This document shows positions 40,964 to 50,669 of a stretch of 64,000 bases of DNA, piece by piece (within the stretch, counting starts at the first letter, position 1; each line of letters starts with the position of its first letter). The position numbers and the translations under genes are program-made. The stretch is from Candidatus Eiseniibacteriota bacterium (GTDB lineage: Bacteria; Eisenbacteria; RBG-16-71-46; JABDJR01), in assembly GCA_963762255.1 (NCBI GenBank), contig CAVXKA010000002.1, forward strand, positions 256,001-320,000, read 5' to 3'. The notes under the pieces were generated by a model. That model was given only the letters and a program-made list of their open reading frames with translations. It ran no database searches and had not been told where the DNA came from.

Positions 40964-41605
40964 ATGAGTTTCCGTCATCGTCTGCCTTGGCTCGCCGCAC
41001 TCACCGTCGTGCTCGGCCTGGGCTTCTCAGCGTGCAGCGACGAGGAGGGGGGCGACAGCCGCAACATCGTCGACGTCATTTCGCTCAACCAGAACGCGCC
41101 GCTGAGCGCGGATGTGTGGGAGTGGATCGACGACAAGGACTACACGAAGGGCGGCTTCATACCGCTGGAACTCGTCGAGGTCACCTTCAAGAGCCGCGTG
41201 CACGACGACGCCCTGACCATCGAACCCGGCGAACCTTTCGGTTCGGTGCGGTTCACGAGCTTTGACGTGGTGTTCGAGGATCCCGACCACGCCAACGGCG
41301 TGGATCTCGATAACGACGGGACCGTCGACATCGAGAACTTCAGCTCGCCGATGAACCTCGTGGTGCCGACCGGACTCACGGCGACCGCCACGATTCAGAT
41401 CGTGAGCTTCGAGAACAAGGCCACCCCGCCCATCATCTGTCTCGGCCCGGCCGAGATCGGCGACGCGAGCTGCTCCTCCAACACCGCCGTCCAGTACGCA
41501 ACGAACACGCGAATCACGTTCCACGGCATCGAGGAGACCAGCGGCGACACGATCACGCTGACTCGGGGGCTCATGGTCACCCTCGCAGACATCTACAGCA
41601 AATAG
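40964..41605 (+). CDS. Hypothetical lipoprotein
   Basis: [13 protein letters not shown]; lipobox FSAC; beta-rich acidic body. Confidence 0.75.
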   Translation: MSFRHRLPWLAALTVVLGLGFSACSDEEGGDSRNIVDVISLNQNAPLSADVWEWIDDKDYTKGGFIPLELVEVTFKSRVHDDALTIEPGEPFGSVRFTSFDVVFEDPDHANGVDLDNDGTVDIENFSSPMNLVVPTGLTATATIQIVSFENKATPPIICLGPAEIGDASCSSNTAVQYATNTRITFHGIEETSGDTITLTRGLMVTLADIYSK

Positions 41606-41634
41606 CGCCGCATCCCATCGGGTGAGGCCTGGAG

Positions 41635-41670
41635 GCGGGAGCGGTCACCGGACCGCTCCCGTTTCATTTT
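41635..41670 (+). terminator. Rho-independent terminator
   Basis: gcgggagcggtc-accg-gaccgctcccgt followed by ttcatttt. Confidence 0.8.
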
Positions 41671-41695
41671 CCGCGCGGGCTTCGCCCCGCAGCCT

Positions 41696-42793
41696 TCATC
41701 GGACTTCACCCGCCAGGGGCGGCGGCCCGCCGAGAAGCTCCGACAAGAGAGCGTCCCACCCCCCCTCCACTTCGAGCGCGATCTCGAGAACCCACCAGTC
41801 TGAGCCTGACGTCAGCAGCGGGGCGAGCCGTACCGCGTCCTTCGCGGTGGTGACGAGGACGTGCCCCGCGTCGCGCGCCGCGCACTCGATCGAGCGCGCC
41901 TCGGCCGGGGTGAACCGATGGTGATCCCGGAACACCGACCACTCCGCGACCCGCGCTCCCTCCCGTTCCAGAGACTCTCGAAACCGCTCCGGCCGGGCGA
42001 TGGCCGCCACCGCGTGCACGTCGAGTCCTCGCAGGGCCGGCGCGCGCGCACAGGGGTCCCCCAGTGGAGAGAGCCCGCGCGTCTCGATCCACGCGCGCCC
42101 GCGCGCCGCCTCGGGGGCGAGCCGGTCGAGAAGTCGCGCGACACCGGCGTCGGGCGGCTCGTCGGGTGCGGCGCCGGTCAGAAGGATGTGGTGCGCGCGC
42201 CGTAGCGCGGCGGGTGGCTCGCGGAGCGGGCCCGCAGGGAGGAGCCGGCCGTTGGCGAAGGGGCGGCGCGCATCCAGAAGCACGAGATCGCCGTCGCGTG
42301 CGAGCGCACGATGCTGAAAGCCGTCATCCAGAAGGAAGAGGTCGACGCGCTCGCCGGCGGCAAGTAGGGCGCGGGCGTTCTCGGCGCGCCGCTTCCCCAC
42401 CACCACCGGCACCGAGGGAAGCGCCCGACTGAGCAGGATCGGTTCGTCCCCCGCGTCATGGACGTCCGCACTGCCCGAGGCCGCGCCACCCGCGCCGCCG
42501 CTCGCCCACGCGCCGTTTCGCAACACGCCGGCCCGCCCCGAACCCCCGTAGCCTCGAGTGAGGATCGCCGGCCGCAACTCCGCTCGCAACGCGGCCTGCG
42601 CAAGCGCGGCGACCGCGGGCGTCTTGCCGGTCCCCCCGACTTCCAGGTTGCCCACGCTCAAGACCTGAACCGGTAGCCGTTCCGCCCGGCGCCATCCGCG
42701 GTCGTACGCCGCGCGGTGGAGCGCCGAGACCGCGCGATAGACGAGCGACGCGGGACGGCCGATGAGGGGACTGAGCGCGTCAAGATCGGGCAT
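41696..42793 (-). CDS. lpxK: Tetraacyldisaccharide 4'-kinase
   Basis: SVGNLEVGGTGKTP, TRGYG, GDEP, LDDGFQH, PAGPLRE. Confidence 0.93.
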   Translation of the reverse strand: MPDLDALSPLIGRPASLVYRAVSALHRAAYDRGWRRAERLPVQVLSVGNLEVGGTGKTPAVAALAQAALRAELRPAILTRGYGGSGRAGVLRNGAWASGGAGGAASGSADVHDAGDEPILLSRALPSVPVVVGKRRAENARALLAAGERVDLFLLDDGFQHRALARDGDLVLLDARRPFANGRLLPAGPLREPPAALRRAHHILLTGAAPDEPPDAGVARLLDRLAPEAARGRAWIETRGLSPLGDPCARAPALRGLDVHAVAAIARPERFRESLEREGARVAEWSVFRDHHRFTPAEARSIECAARDAGHVLVTTAKDAVRLAPLLTSGSDWWVLEIALEVEGGWDALLSELLGGPPPLAGEVR

Positions 42794-44042
42794 CGGCTCC
42801 CCACCGCGCAAGGACTCCGCGCGCGGCCAGCCAGGCCACCGCGCGCGCGGAGCCTCCTCGCAAGGCCTCCGCCGCCGCGAGGCATGCGGCCGCATCGGCG
42901 CGGCGTCGCGCGTCGTCGGCCAACCAGGCGCCGAGCGCCTCGACCAGTTCGTCCGCGTTACGCACCATGCGCGCGCCGCCGCCATCGAGGAGCGCCCGCG
43001 CTTCATCCGCAACGTTGGCGAGGTGCGGTCCGAAGAGAACGGGCACGCCTGCCAGCGCGGCCTCGAGGACGTTATGCCCCCCCACCGGAACCAGCGTGCC
43101 GCCGACGAACGCGACGTCCGATGCGGCGTAGAGCGCGCCGAGTTCGCCATGGGTGTCCACCACGAGCACGTCCGCGCCCGCGTCTTCGGACACGGGCCGG
43201 CTCCGCCGCGCGACGCGCCATCCCCGCCTGGCGAGGTCCGCGTCGAGGGCGCCCCAGTCCTCTGGATGCCGCAGTGCGAGCGCCAACCGAAGCCGCGGCT
43301 CACGCCCCCGCGCGCGGGCGAACGCGTCGAGGATGACGGTCTCCTCCCCGGGACGAAGGCTCCCCACCGTCCAGAGAGGCGCATCGCTCCAGGGCAACTT
43401 CGCGGGGTGCGCCACCGCCAGGCGATCGTGCTTGGCGTTGCCGGTCACACGCACGGCGTCGGCCGGCGTTCCCAGCGCGACGAACCGCTCGGCGTCGATC
43501 TCCGTGCGCGCGGCCACCGCGCCGAGCTGCGCCAGCAACGGCGCGAAGAAGGAGCGCCATCGCCTATAACGCGGCCACGCGCGATCGGAGAGCCGGCCGT
43601 TGACGACGGCGAGGGCGGCGCCGCGCGCCCGCGCGGCGAGAATCCAGTTGGGCCAGAGTTCGGTCTCCACGAGAACGAGAGCGCGCGGACGGCGCGCGTC
43701 GAAGGCGCGGGCCGTCGCGCGAGGCAGGTCGAGCGGAGCGAGCGCGGCGCGCTCCCCCCAGAGCCGGCGCGCGGCGCCGCGCCCCGCCTCGGTGTTCACG
43801 GTCACCGCGAAGCGGCCCGCCAGCCCCTCGGTGCGCGCCCGTTCCAGCAGCGGTTCCAGCGCGACGATCTCGCCCAGGGAGGCCGCGTGCCACCATGTAT
43901 CCGCGGGAGCGAGGCCCGCGCGGCCCAACCGCTCGGCGCGCAACGGGTCTGACTCCCGCCGCGCGGCCCACCGAAGGAGCGCGGGAGCCAGGGGCTCCGC
44001 CGCCGCGGTGAGCGCGCGGTAGAGGACGCTTCCCGCGCTCAT
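42780..44042 (-). CDS. waaA: Kdo transferase
   Basis: WHAASLGE, ETELWPN, NGRLS, FVGG...GGHN.LE. Confidence 0.92.
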   Translation of the reverse strand: MSAGSVLYRALTAAAEPLAPALLRWAARRESDPLRAERLGRAGLAPADTWWHAASLGEIVALEPLLERARTEGLAGRFAVTVNTEAGRGAARRLWGERAALAPLDLPRATARAFDARRPRALVLVETELWPNWILAARARGAALAVVNGRLSDRAWPRYRRWRSFFAPLLAQLGAVAARTEIDAERFVALGTPADAVRVTGNAKHDRLAVAHPAKLPWSDAPLWTVGSLRPGEETVILDAFARARGREPRLRLALALRHPEDWGALDADLARRGWRVARRSRPVSEDAGADVLVVDTHGELGALYAASDVAFVGGTLVPVGGHNVLEAALAGVPVLFGPHLANVADEARALLDGGGARMVRNADELVEALGAWLADDARRRADAAACLAAAEALRGGSARAVAWLAARGVLARWGADARS

Positions 44043-44707
44043 CGCGCCACCTCGCGGTCGGCCTCGGCCTCGGCCGCATCGAGGGCCGCTTCGAGACGCA
44101 CGCGCCACGGTTCGAGATCCTCCGCCGCAGGCACCGCGATCGGCTCGCCGTAGACGACGACCGCGCGCGCGCCGGGACGGGGAATCTGAAACGCGTCCCA
44201 GGACTTCATCGTCCATGCCGGGTGCGCGGCGATGCCCATCGGCACGATCGGCTTCCCGCTGCGCGCTGCGAGAACGACCGCGCCCATCTGAGCGTGATGG
44301 CGCGGGCCGCGCGGGCCGTCTGGTGTGATCGCCGCGGATCGCCCGTCGGCCAGCCCCCTCGCCAGCTCCGCGAGACCCTCTCGCCCGCCCCGGCTCGAAC
44401 TGCCCCTAACGGCGTGGAGTCCCAGGCGTGCTGCCGCCCGGGCCATCATGTCTCCGTCTTCGGAGAGGCTGATGAGCACCGAGGTTCCCCGGCGGCCGGC
44501 GCGCCCGGCGACGAGCCATCCCCGCCCGTGCCAGAAGGCGTAAACTACTGACCCGTGGTCGGCTAGAGCCTGAGTCTCGCGTTCGACATGAAGTCGTTTC
44601 AGGCGCACCATCCGCGAGCTGCCCCCCAGGATGGCCGCCCCCAGCACCGCGCCGGCGGCGCGCAGGAAGGGGCGCAGACGCCGAGGCGGCCAGCCGCGGC
44701 GCGTCAT
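44039..44707 (-). CDS. DUF374 lysophospholipid acyltransferase family protein
   Basis: FWHG, S.S.DG, RGSSSRGG, TPDGPRGP, SWD.F.IP.P. Confidence 0.88.
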   Translation of the reverse strand: MTRRGWPPRRLRPFLRAAGAVLGAAILGGSSRMVRLKRLHVERETQALADHGSVVYAFWHGRGWLVAGRAGRRGTSVLISLSEDGDMMARAAARLGLHAVRGSSSRGGREGLAELARGLADGRSAAITPDGPRGPRHHAQMGAVVLAARSGKPIVPMGIAAHPAWTMKSWDAFQIPRPGARAVVVYGEPIAVPAAEDLEPWRVRLEAALDAAEAEADREVAR

Positions 44708-45837
44708 CGGCTCGGCCTCGAAGCGAGCAGATCCGCGACCGCCGCCGCCGCGCGCTCGGCGGCGCCTCCGCCACCGAGACGCTCGCGTAGCGTGGCGAGA
44801 TAGGCCGCCTGCTCCACGCGCTCCGTGGTATCGAAGAGAATGCGATGAGCGGTCTCGCGCACGCGCGTGGCGTTGAGATCGCGCTGAAGAAGCTCGGGCA
44901 CGCGCTCCCCGCCCGCCGCGATGTTGACCAGCCCCACGGTGCGGATCTTGACCAGCGCGCGCGCCACGATCCAGTTGAACGCGGAGGTGCGGTAAACGAC
45001 GGCCAACGGCGTGCCGAGAAGCCCCGTCTCCAACGTCGCCGTTCCGCTCGCTACCAGCGCCGCGTCGGCCGCGCGCGCGAGCCCGGCCGCGGCGTCGCTC
45101 CAGATCGGGAAGCCCGCCTCTTGCGCCGCGGCGAACGGGGCATCGGGCAGCCCGGCGGCGCGGCTCACCGCCACGATCACTCCCTCGTCGCGCAGCGCCT
45201 GCGTACCGGCGATGAGCGGCGGCAGGATCGCGCTCACCTCTTGAGCGCGGCTTCCGGGCAAGAGCGCGAGCAGCGGCGCCGCGGGGGGCGCACCGAGGCG
45301 CCGCCGCACCTCGTCGACGGTCGGCAGCGTCTCGGGGGCATCCAGAAGCGGGTGTCCCACGAAGACGGCGTCGATCCCCGCCTCGCGGAAGAGCGGCTCC
45401 TCGAAGGGGAACACCACCAGCAGCCGATCCACGGCGCGCGCGATGCCGGGGCGACGCTCGCGGCGCCACGCCCACACCTGCGGGGCGATGTAGTAAGCCA
45501 CCCTGTGGCCGCGCTCGCGCGCTCGGCGGGCCAGGCGCAAGTTGAAGCCGGGGTAGTCGACCGGGATGACGACGTCGGGGCGCCAGGCTTCGATCTCCTC
45601 GGCCGCGCGATTCAGGAGCGCGCGAAAATAGGGAAGGCGTCGGATCACTTCGCCGAAGCCGAGCACGGAGAGATCTTCGACGCGGGCGAGGAGATGGGCC
45701 CCCTCGGCGGCGAGCGCGTCACCGCCCAGACCACGCACCTCGACGTCGCCCAACCGGCGCCGGAGCGCTCGCACCAGGGCGGCGGCATGCCGGTCTCCCG
45801 ACGCCTCTCCCGCCGATACGAAGAGGCGGATCGCCAT
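44704..45837 (-). CDS. lpxB: Lipid-A-disaccharide synthase
   Basis: AGEASGD, DYPGFN, PQVWAWR, LPGSR, SGTATLE. Confidence 0.94.
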   Translation of the reverse strand: MAIRLFVSAGEASGDRHAAALVRALRRRLGDVEVRGLGGDALAAEGAHLLARVEDLSVLGFGEVIRRLPYFRALLNRAAEEIEAWRPDVVIPVDYPGFNLRLARRARERGHRVAYYIAPQVWAWRRERRPGIARAVDRLLVVFPFEEPLFREAGIDAVFVGHPLLDAPETLPTVDEVRRRLGAPPAAPLLALLPGSRAQEVSAILPPLIAGTQALRDEGVIVAVSRAAGLPDAPFAAAQEAGFPIWSDAAAGLARAADAALVASGTATLETGLLGTPLAVVYRTSAFNWIVARALVKIRTVGLVNIAAGGERVPELLQRDLNATRVRETAHRILFDTTERVEQAAYLATLRERLGGGGAAERAAAAVADLLASRPSR

Positions 45838-46835
45838 CAACCTTCTCCGCGCTGCCTCGCGATCGCCTCTTCCACCGCCACCATCACGCGCAGCGTGCGC
45901 AGGGCCTCGGCGCCGGTCACCCCCTCGCTCGGCTCGCCCCGCACCGCGCGAGCGAAGGCCTCGTGCTCGGCGGTGAGGGGATCCTCGCCTTCGGGTCCCA
46001 CGCGGTGATGGTCGAGCGCGCGCAGCATGTCGAGCGGGCTTCCCGAGCGAAGCGCTTCTTCGAGAAGCGCGCCGCGTTCCTCCTTCAGGCGATAGACCTC
46101 TCCGACGCGCGCGGCGCAGTCCGCGGAGATGTAGTGGCCGGGGAGAAACATGCGGAACTTGCGGACCCGCTCCAGCGACACGCGACTCACGGTGATGTTG
46201 GCCACCGCCCCGCCCGGGAATCGAAGCCGCGCGTTGGCGATATCGGTGCGATCGGTCACCACCGCCACCCCGGCGGCGTCGACCGCGATCGGCTCTTCGC
46301 CCACGAAGGCGAGGGCGAGATCGATGTCGTGGACCATGAGGTCCTGCACCACGTTCAGGTCGAGATTGCGCGGAACGAGCGGTGCGAGCCGGTGCGCCTC
46401 CACGAAGAGCGGCGGCGGCACCCGATGCAGGAGCCCGCGCAGCGCGGGGTTGAACCGCTCGACATGTCCCACCTGGAGGACCAGGCCCGCGCGCGCGGCG
46501 AAGTCCACCAGCGCCTGGGCGTCCTCGACGCGGCCGGTGATGGGTTTCTCCACCAGCACCGGTTTGCCTGCGGCAAGCGCGGCCAGCACGACCTCTCGAT
46601 GGGAGCCCGTGCTGGTGGCCACCACCGCCACGTCACATCGGGAAAGCGCTTCGTCCACCGTAGCGGCGACGGGCACCGACCAGCGTGCCGCCACCTCGGC
46701 CGCGCGCTCGGGAATGCGATCGTAGACGGCGGTGAGCCGAAACCCGACGGCGGCGGCGAGCTTCTCCGCGTGGCGCGCTCCCAGATAACCTGCCCCGAAC
46801 ACCGCTGCGTCGAGACGGGAGCCTTGCGCGGTCAC
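45837..46835 (-). CDS. Gfo/Idh/MocA oxidoreductase (GnnA-like)
   Basis: GAGYLG..HA, LVEKP, VGHVERFNP, DLMVHDID; lies between lpxA and lpxB. Confidence 0.85.
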   Translation of the reverse strand: MTAQGSRLDAAVFGAGYLGARHAEKLAAAVGFRLTAVYDRIPERAAEVAARWSVPVAATVDEALSRCDVAVVATSTGSHREVVLAALAAGKPVLVEKPITGRVEDAQALVDFAARAGLVLQVGHVERFNPALRGLLHRVPPPLFVEAHRLAPLVPRNLDLNVVQDLMVHDIDLALAFVGEEPIAVDAAGVAVVTDRTDIANARLRFPGGAVANITVSRVSLERVRKFRMFLPGHYISADCAARVGEVYRLKEERGALLEEALRSGSPLDMLRALDHHRVGPEGEDPLTAEHEAFARAVRGEPSEGVTGAEALRTLRVMVAVEEAIARQRGEG

Positions 46836-47602
46836 CGGGTGACGCCGCGCTTCGAGGTCTGCATGAACTCCACGAGGGCGCTCACTTCGGCGCAGCGCGG
46901 CACCTCGTTCTCCACCCGCGCGATCGCCTCCGGCACGGTGAGCTTGCTGCGGAAGATGATGCGGTAGGCCTGACGAAGCGCGGCGATCGCCTCCGGCGTG
47001 AAGCCGCGCCGTGAAAGCCCGACCACGTTGATGCCGAACGCCTCGGGGGGATTGCCCGCCACCCGGGTGAAGGGAGCCACATCCTGGGGAATGCGCGAAC
47101 CTCCGCCGATCATCGAATGCGCGCCGATGCGCACGAACTGGTGCACCGGGGTCACGCCGCCCACGATCGCGTAGTCCCCGACCGAAACGTGGCCGGCCAG
47201 GTTCGCGGCGTTGGCGAGGATGACATGATGACCGAGCGTGCAGTTGTGGGCCACGTGCGCCGTGGCCATGATGAGGCAATCGCTCCCCACCAGCGTGGAG
47301 CCCTCGTGCGTGGCCCTGTGCAGGCTCGCGAACTCGCGCACCACGGTGCGGTCCCCCACCTTGAGCGAGGTCGGTTCGCCGTGGTACTTGAGATCCTGCG
47401 GCTCCATCCCCACCGCGGCATGCGGGAAGATGCGGCAGTCGCGCCCGATCTCCGTGTGACCGTCCAGGATCGCGTGAGCACCCACGGTGGTGCCCGCGCC
47501 GATGCGCAGGTGGGGGCCCACGATGGCGTAGGGACCGATCGTGACGTCCTCGTCCAGCTCGGCTCCCCGATCCACCACCGCCGTTGTCGCGATCTCAGCC
47601 AT
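46832..47602 (-). CDS. lpxA: UDP-GlcNAc acyltransferase
   Basis: Hexapeptide repeats, PQDLKY, HVAHNC, VHQFVRIG. Confidence 0.95.
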   Translation of the reverse strand: MAEIATTAVVDRGAELDEDVTIGPYAIVGPHLRIGAGTTVGAHAILDGHTEIGRDCRIFPHAAVGMEPQDLKYHGEPTSLKVGDRTVVREFASLHRATHEGSTLVGSDCLIMATAHVAHNCTLGHHVILANAANLAGHVSVGDYAIVGGVTPVHQFVRIGAHSMIGGGSRIPQDVAPFTRVAGNPPEAFGINVVGLSRRGFTPEAIAALRQAYRIIFRSKLTVPEAIARVENEVPRCAEVSALVEFMQTSKRGVTR

Positions 47603-47611
47603 GCGGTCTCC

Positions 47612-48940
47612 TCAACGGTCGACGACGGTGGAGAGGAGTTCGGCCTCCGCCACCAGGCTACCGTCCACGAAAGCTTTTCCCATCATCTTGCAGATGCGTC
47701 CCTTGAGCTTCACCAGGTCCAGCTCGAAACGAAGCTGGTCGCCGGGCTTCACCGGGCGCCTGAACTTGGCCCGGTCGATACCCATGAAGTACACGAGCTT
47801 CTCTTTGGGCCGCTCGACCTTGTTCAGGAGAAGGACGCCGCCGGTCTGCGCCATGGCCTCGATGATGAGCACCGCCGGCATGATCGGGTGACCCGGGAAA
47901 TGTCCCGTGAAGAAGGGCTCGTTCACGGTGACGTTCTTGATTCCCACCACCCGGTCGTCGGTCAGTTCGAGGATGCGGTCCACGAGAAGGAACGGGTAGC
48001 GGTGCGGCATGATCTGCGCGATCGCCTCGATGTCCCAGTAGTGGTTCTTGCCGTCGGGGCGCGGCGGCAGGTCGAAGCCCGTCGCGCGGCGCTCCGCCTC
48101 GGCGAGCGCCTTCACGAACTCCACGTGACTCTCGTGCCCCGAGCGCCAGGCCAGGATGTGACCGCGCACCGGTCGGCCCAGTAGCGCGAGGTCCCCCAGC
48201 AAGTCGAGCACCTTGTGGCGCGCGAACTCGTCGGGGAAGCGGAGCCCCTCGGCGTTGGCCACGCCGCCCTCTTCCACGACCACCGCGTTGCCCAGGGAAC
48301 CGCCCTGGATCAAACCCGCCTTGCGCAGGGCCTCCACTTCGCGGCGCAGCACGAAGGTGCGTGCGGGAGCGATCTCGCGGGCGAAGACTTCGGGCACCAC
48401 GTCGAAGGCGACGTGCCGGGTGCCGATCACCGGGTTCTCGTACTCGATCGTGAACGAGACACGAAGGCTGGGGTGAGGCAGAGCGATGAGCTCGGCCCTG
48501 CCTCGGGTCAGCCGCACCTCATGCGGGATCTCGAAGTACGTCCGCGGCGCGTCCTGCTCCTGGATGCCGGTGCTGCGGAAGAGTTCCACGTAGGGACCGG
48601 CGCTTCCGTCCCCCGGCTCGCCGGGCTCGCGGGCGTCGATCTCGATGCGAAGGTTGTCGATTCCCATGCAGCGCACCGCGGCCAGCAGATGCTCCACGGT
48701 GTGGACCTCGGCGTTGCCGGAACGCAGGATCGTCCGCCGGCCCTGGTCCGCGTCGTAGGTCGCGTTCTCCGCCGCGACCTTGACCTCGGGTCGGCCCGGC
48801 ATGTCCGTCCGCACGAACACGACGCCGGTGTTCGGCGGCGCGGGCAGAAATACCACCCGGCACCGCTCCCCGGTGTGCAGGCCGAAGCCCTCGTAGCGGG
48901 CCTCGCCCGCCAGAGTGGTCTGCCGATCGGTCGCCGTCAC
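47612..48940 (-). CDS. lpxC-fabZ: Bifunctional LpxC deacetylase / FabZ dehydratase
   Basis: [22 protein letters not shown] followed by [10 protein letters not shown] and FFTGHFP. Confidence 0.95.
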   Translation of the reverse strand: MTATDRQTTLAGEARYEGFGLHTGERCRVVFLPAPPNTGVVFVRTDMPGRPEVKVAAENATYDADQGRRTILRSGNAEVHTVEHLLAAVRCMGIDNLRIEIDAREPGEPGDGSAGPYVELFRSTGIQEQDAPRTYFEIPHEVRLTRGRAELIALPHPSLRVSFTIEYENPVIGTRHVAFDVVPEVFAREIAPARTFVLRREVEALRKAGLIQGGSLGNAVVVEEGGVANAEGLRFPDEFARHKVLDLLGDLALLGRPVRGHILAWRSGHESHVEFVKALAEAERRATGFDLPPRPDGKNHYWDIEAIAQIMPHRYPFLLVDRILELTDDRVVGIKNVTVNEPFFTGHFPGHPIMPAVLIIEAMAQTGGVLLLNKVERPKEKLVYFMGIDRAKFRRPVKPGDQLRFELDLVKLKGRICKMMGKAFVDGSLVAEAELLSTVVDR

Positions 48941-50010
48941 AGCGCCCTCCTCTTGGCGTCCGGCGCCTCACCGGTTTCGTTGGTGCTCCCCTCGATCTCG
49001 CGCACGCGCGCACCGAGGCGTTTCAGCTCGTCGAACAGCTCGGGCAGCCGCCGCACGTAGGCGTTGAGCCGCCGGGCACGTGCGTGTTCCATGGCCGGGT
49101 AGCCGGACACCCGCGCGCCGGCGGGCACGTTCTTGGTGACGCCGGCCTGGGCGCCCACCATCACGCCGTCGCCGATCTTGACGTGTCCCGTGGCGCCGCT
49201 CTGCCCGGCCATCGTCACATCGCAACCCACCTGGGTCGAACCGGCGATGCCGACCTGGGCCACCAGAAGCGTGTTCTCGCCGACGGTCACGTTGTGCGCC
49301 ACGTGGACGAGGTTGTCGATCTTCACTCCCCGACCGATGCGTGTGGCGCCCATGGTTCCGCGGTCGATGGCCACGTTGGCGCCGATCTCCACGTCGTCCT
49401 CCACCAGCACCGTGCCCACCTGGGGGATCTTCTCGTACTCGCGACCGCGGCGGGAGTAGCCGAAGCCGTCCGAACCGATCACGGTACCGGAGTGGACGAT
49501 GACCCTCTTGCCGAGACGCACCCCCTCGCGCAGGGTGACGTTGGGGTACACGTAGGCGCCCTCGCCGAGCGCGGCCCCGTGTCCTACGAAGACGCCGGGA
49601 CGCAGCACGACATCGTCGTCGAGCACGGCCCCCTCCTCGATCACGCACAGAGGCCCTACCGACACCCGCGCGCCCAGCTTCACCGAAGGGTGGACGACCG
49701 CGGTGGGATGGACGCCCGGTTCGCAGCGGCGCTCCTCATCGCTGAAAAGGCGCAGCACCTGCATGAACCCCGAATAGGGATCGTCCATGCGCAGGAGCGT
49801 CGCCGAGGTCTCGCCGCGATAGTCGTGGGGAACGATGATCCCCGCCGCGTGCGTCCGGGGCACGTCGGCGGCGTACTTGGGGTTCGCGAAGAACGTGATC
49901 TGCTTCGGGCCGGCCTCGCTCAGGCCGGCCACCCCGTCGACCAGGACCTCGCCGTCGCCCTCGAGCACGGCTCCCAGCCTCCCCGCGATGTCTCCGAGCT
50001 TCAGCTCCAT
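48937..50010 (-). CDS. lpxD: UDP-3-O-acylglucosamine N-acyltransferase
   Basis: [29 protein letters not shown]. Confidence 0.95.
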   Translation of the reverse strand: MELKLGDIAGRLGAVLEGDGEVLVDGVAGLSEAGPKQITFFANPKYAADVPRTHAAGIIVPHDYRGETSATLLRMDDPYSGFMQVLRLFSDEERRCEPGVHPTAVVHPSVKLGARVSVGPLCVIEEGAVLDDDVVLRPGVFVGHGAALGEGAYVYPNVTLREGVRLGKRVIVHSGTVIGSDGFGYSRRGREYEKIPQVGTVLVEDDVEIGANVAIDRGTMGATRIGRGVKIDNLVHVAHNVTVGENTLLVAQVGIAGSTQVGCDVTMAGQSGATGHVKIGDGVMVGAQAGVTKNVPAGARVSGYPAMEHARARRLNAYVRRLPELFDELKRLGARVREIEGSTNETGEAPDAKRRAL

Positions 50011-50069
50011 GGTCCGTCCTTGAAGTCGCTGGCCCGGCGGCGGCGGTCAGGCATCAACCGGCGCCGGGT

Positions 50070-50606
50070 TTATCGCTGCTCGTTGAGCTCTGCAATGACC
50101 CGATCGGTGAGATCGAAGGCATCGTCGGCGTACACGACGTTGCCGTCGGTGGCGTCGAAGATGATCGAGAAGCCCTCGTCGCGGCCGATCCCGTTCAGAA
50201 CCTCGCGGATCTTGTCCACGATGGGCCGCGTGAGCTCCTCGTTCCGGCGGGCCACCCGTCCGCTCGGGCCCCAGATCTCCTGAACGAAGGTATCCATCTC
50301 GCTCCTGCGCTTCTGGATGTCCTCTTCCCGTTCTCGCCGCTTGGGCTCGCTCAGGATCAGGGCCTGGCTGTCGTAGTCTTCCTGGAGCTTCAGCAGCTCC
50401 GCCTTCTTGGTCTCCAACTCCCGATTCCAGAGCTCCACCTGGGAGTTGAACTCGGACTGGGCTTCCTTGGTCCCCTGATACTCGGCGAAGATCCGCTCGG
50501 AATCGATGAAGCCGAGCTTGAGATCGGCCGCCGTTGCGGAAGCGGCGCAGAAGGATAGCAAAACTGCGGCCAGAAGGATAGTTGCGGACAGCACACGTCG
50601 AAGCAC
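50070..50606 (-). CDS. skp: OmpH/Skp periplasmic chaperone
   Basis: Signal peptide, KLGFID, coiled coil, DLTDRVI; follows bamA. Confidence 0.9.
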   Translation of the reverse strand: MLRRVLSATILLAAVLLSFCAASATAADLKLGFIDSERIFAEYQGTKEAQSEFNSQVELWNRELETKKAELLKLQEDYDSQALILSEPKRREREEDIQKRRSEMDTFVQEIWGPSGRVARRNEELTRPIVDKIREVLNGIGRDEGFSIIFDATDGNVVYADDAFDLTDRVIAELNEQR

Positions 50607-50669
50607 GTCAGGTCCTCCTCTTTCAGGAATGGCGCGAACCGAGGTCCGTCGGCGGCGGACCGGGTTCGC

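Noticed and set aside
46832-47070. Near-matches to the HNH palindrome (tcaccgggtga at 46832; cacccgggtga at 47060)
   Set aside because: Shorter or gapped and explained by lpxA codons; they show that partial matches arise by chance
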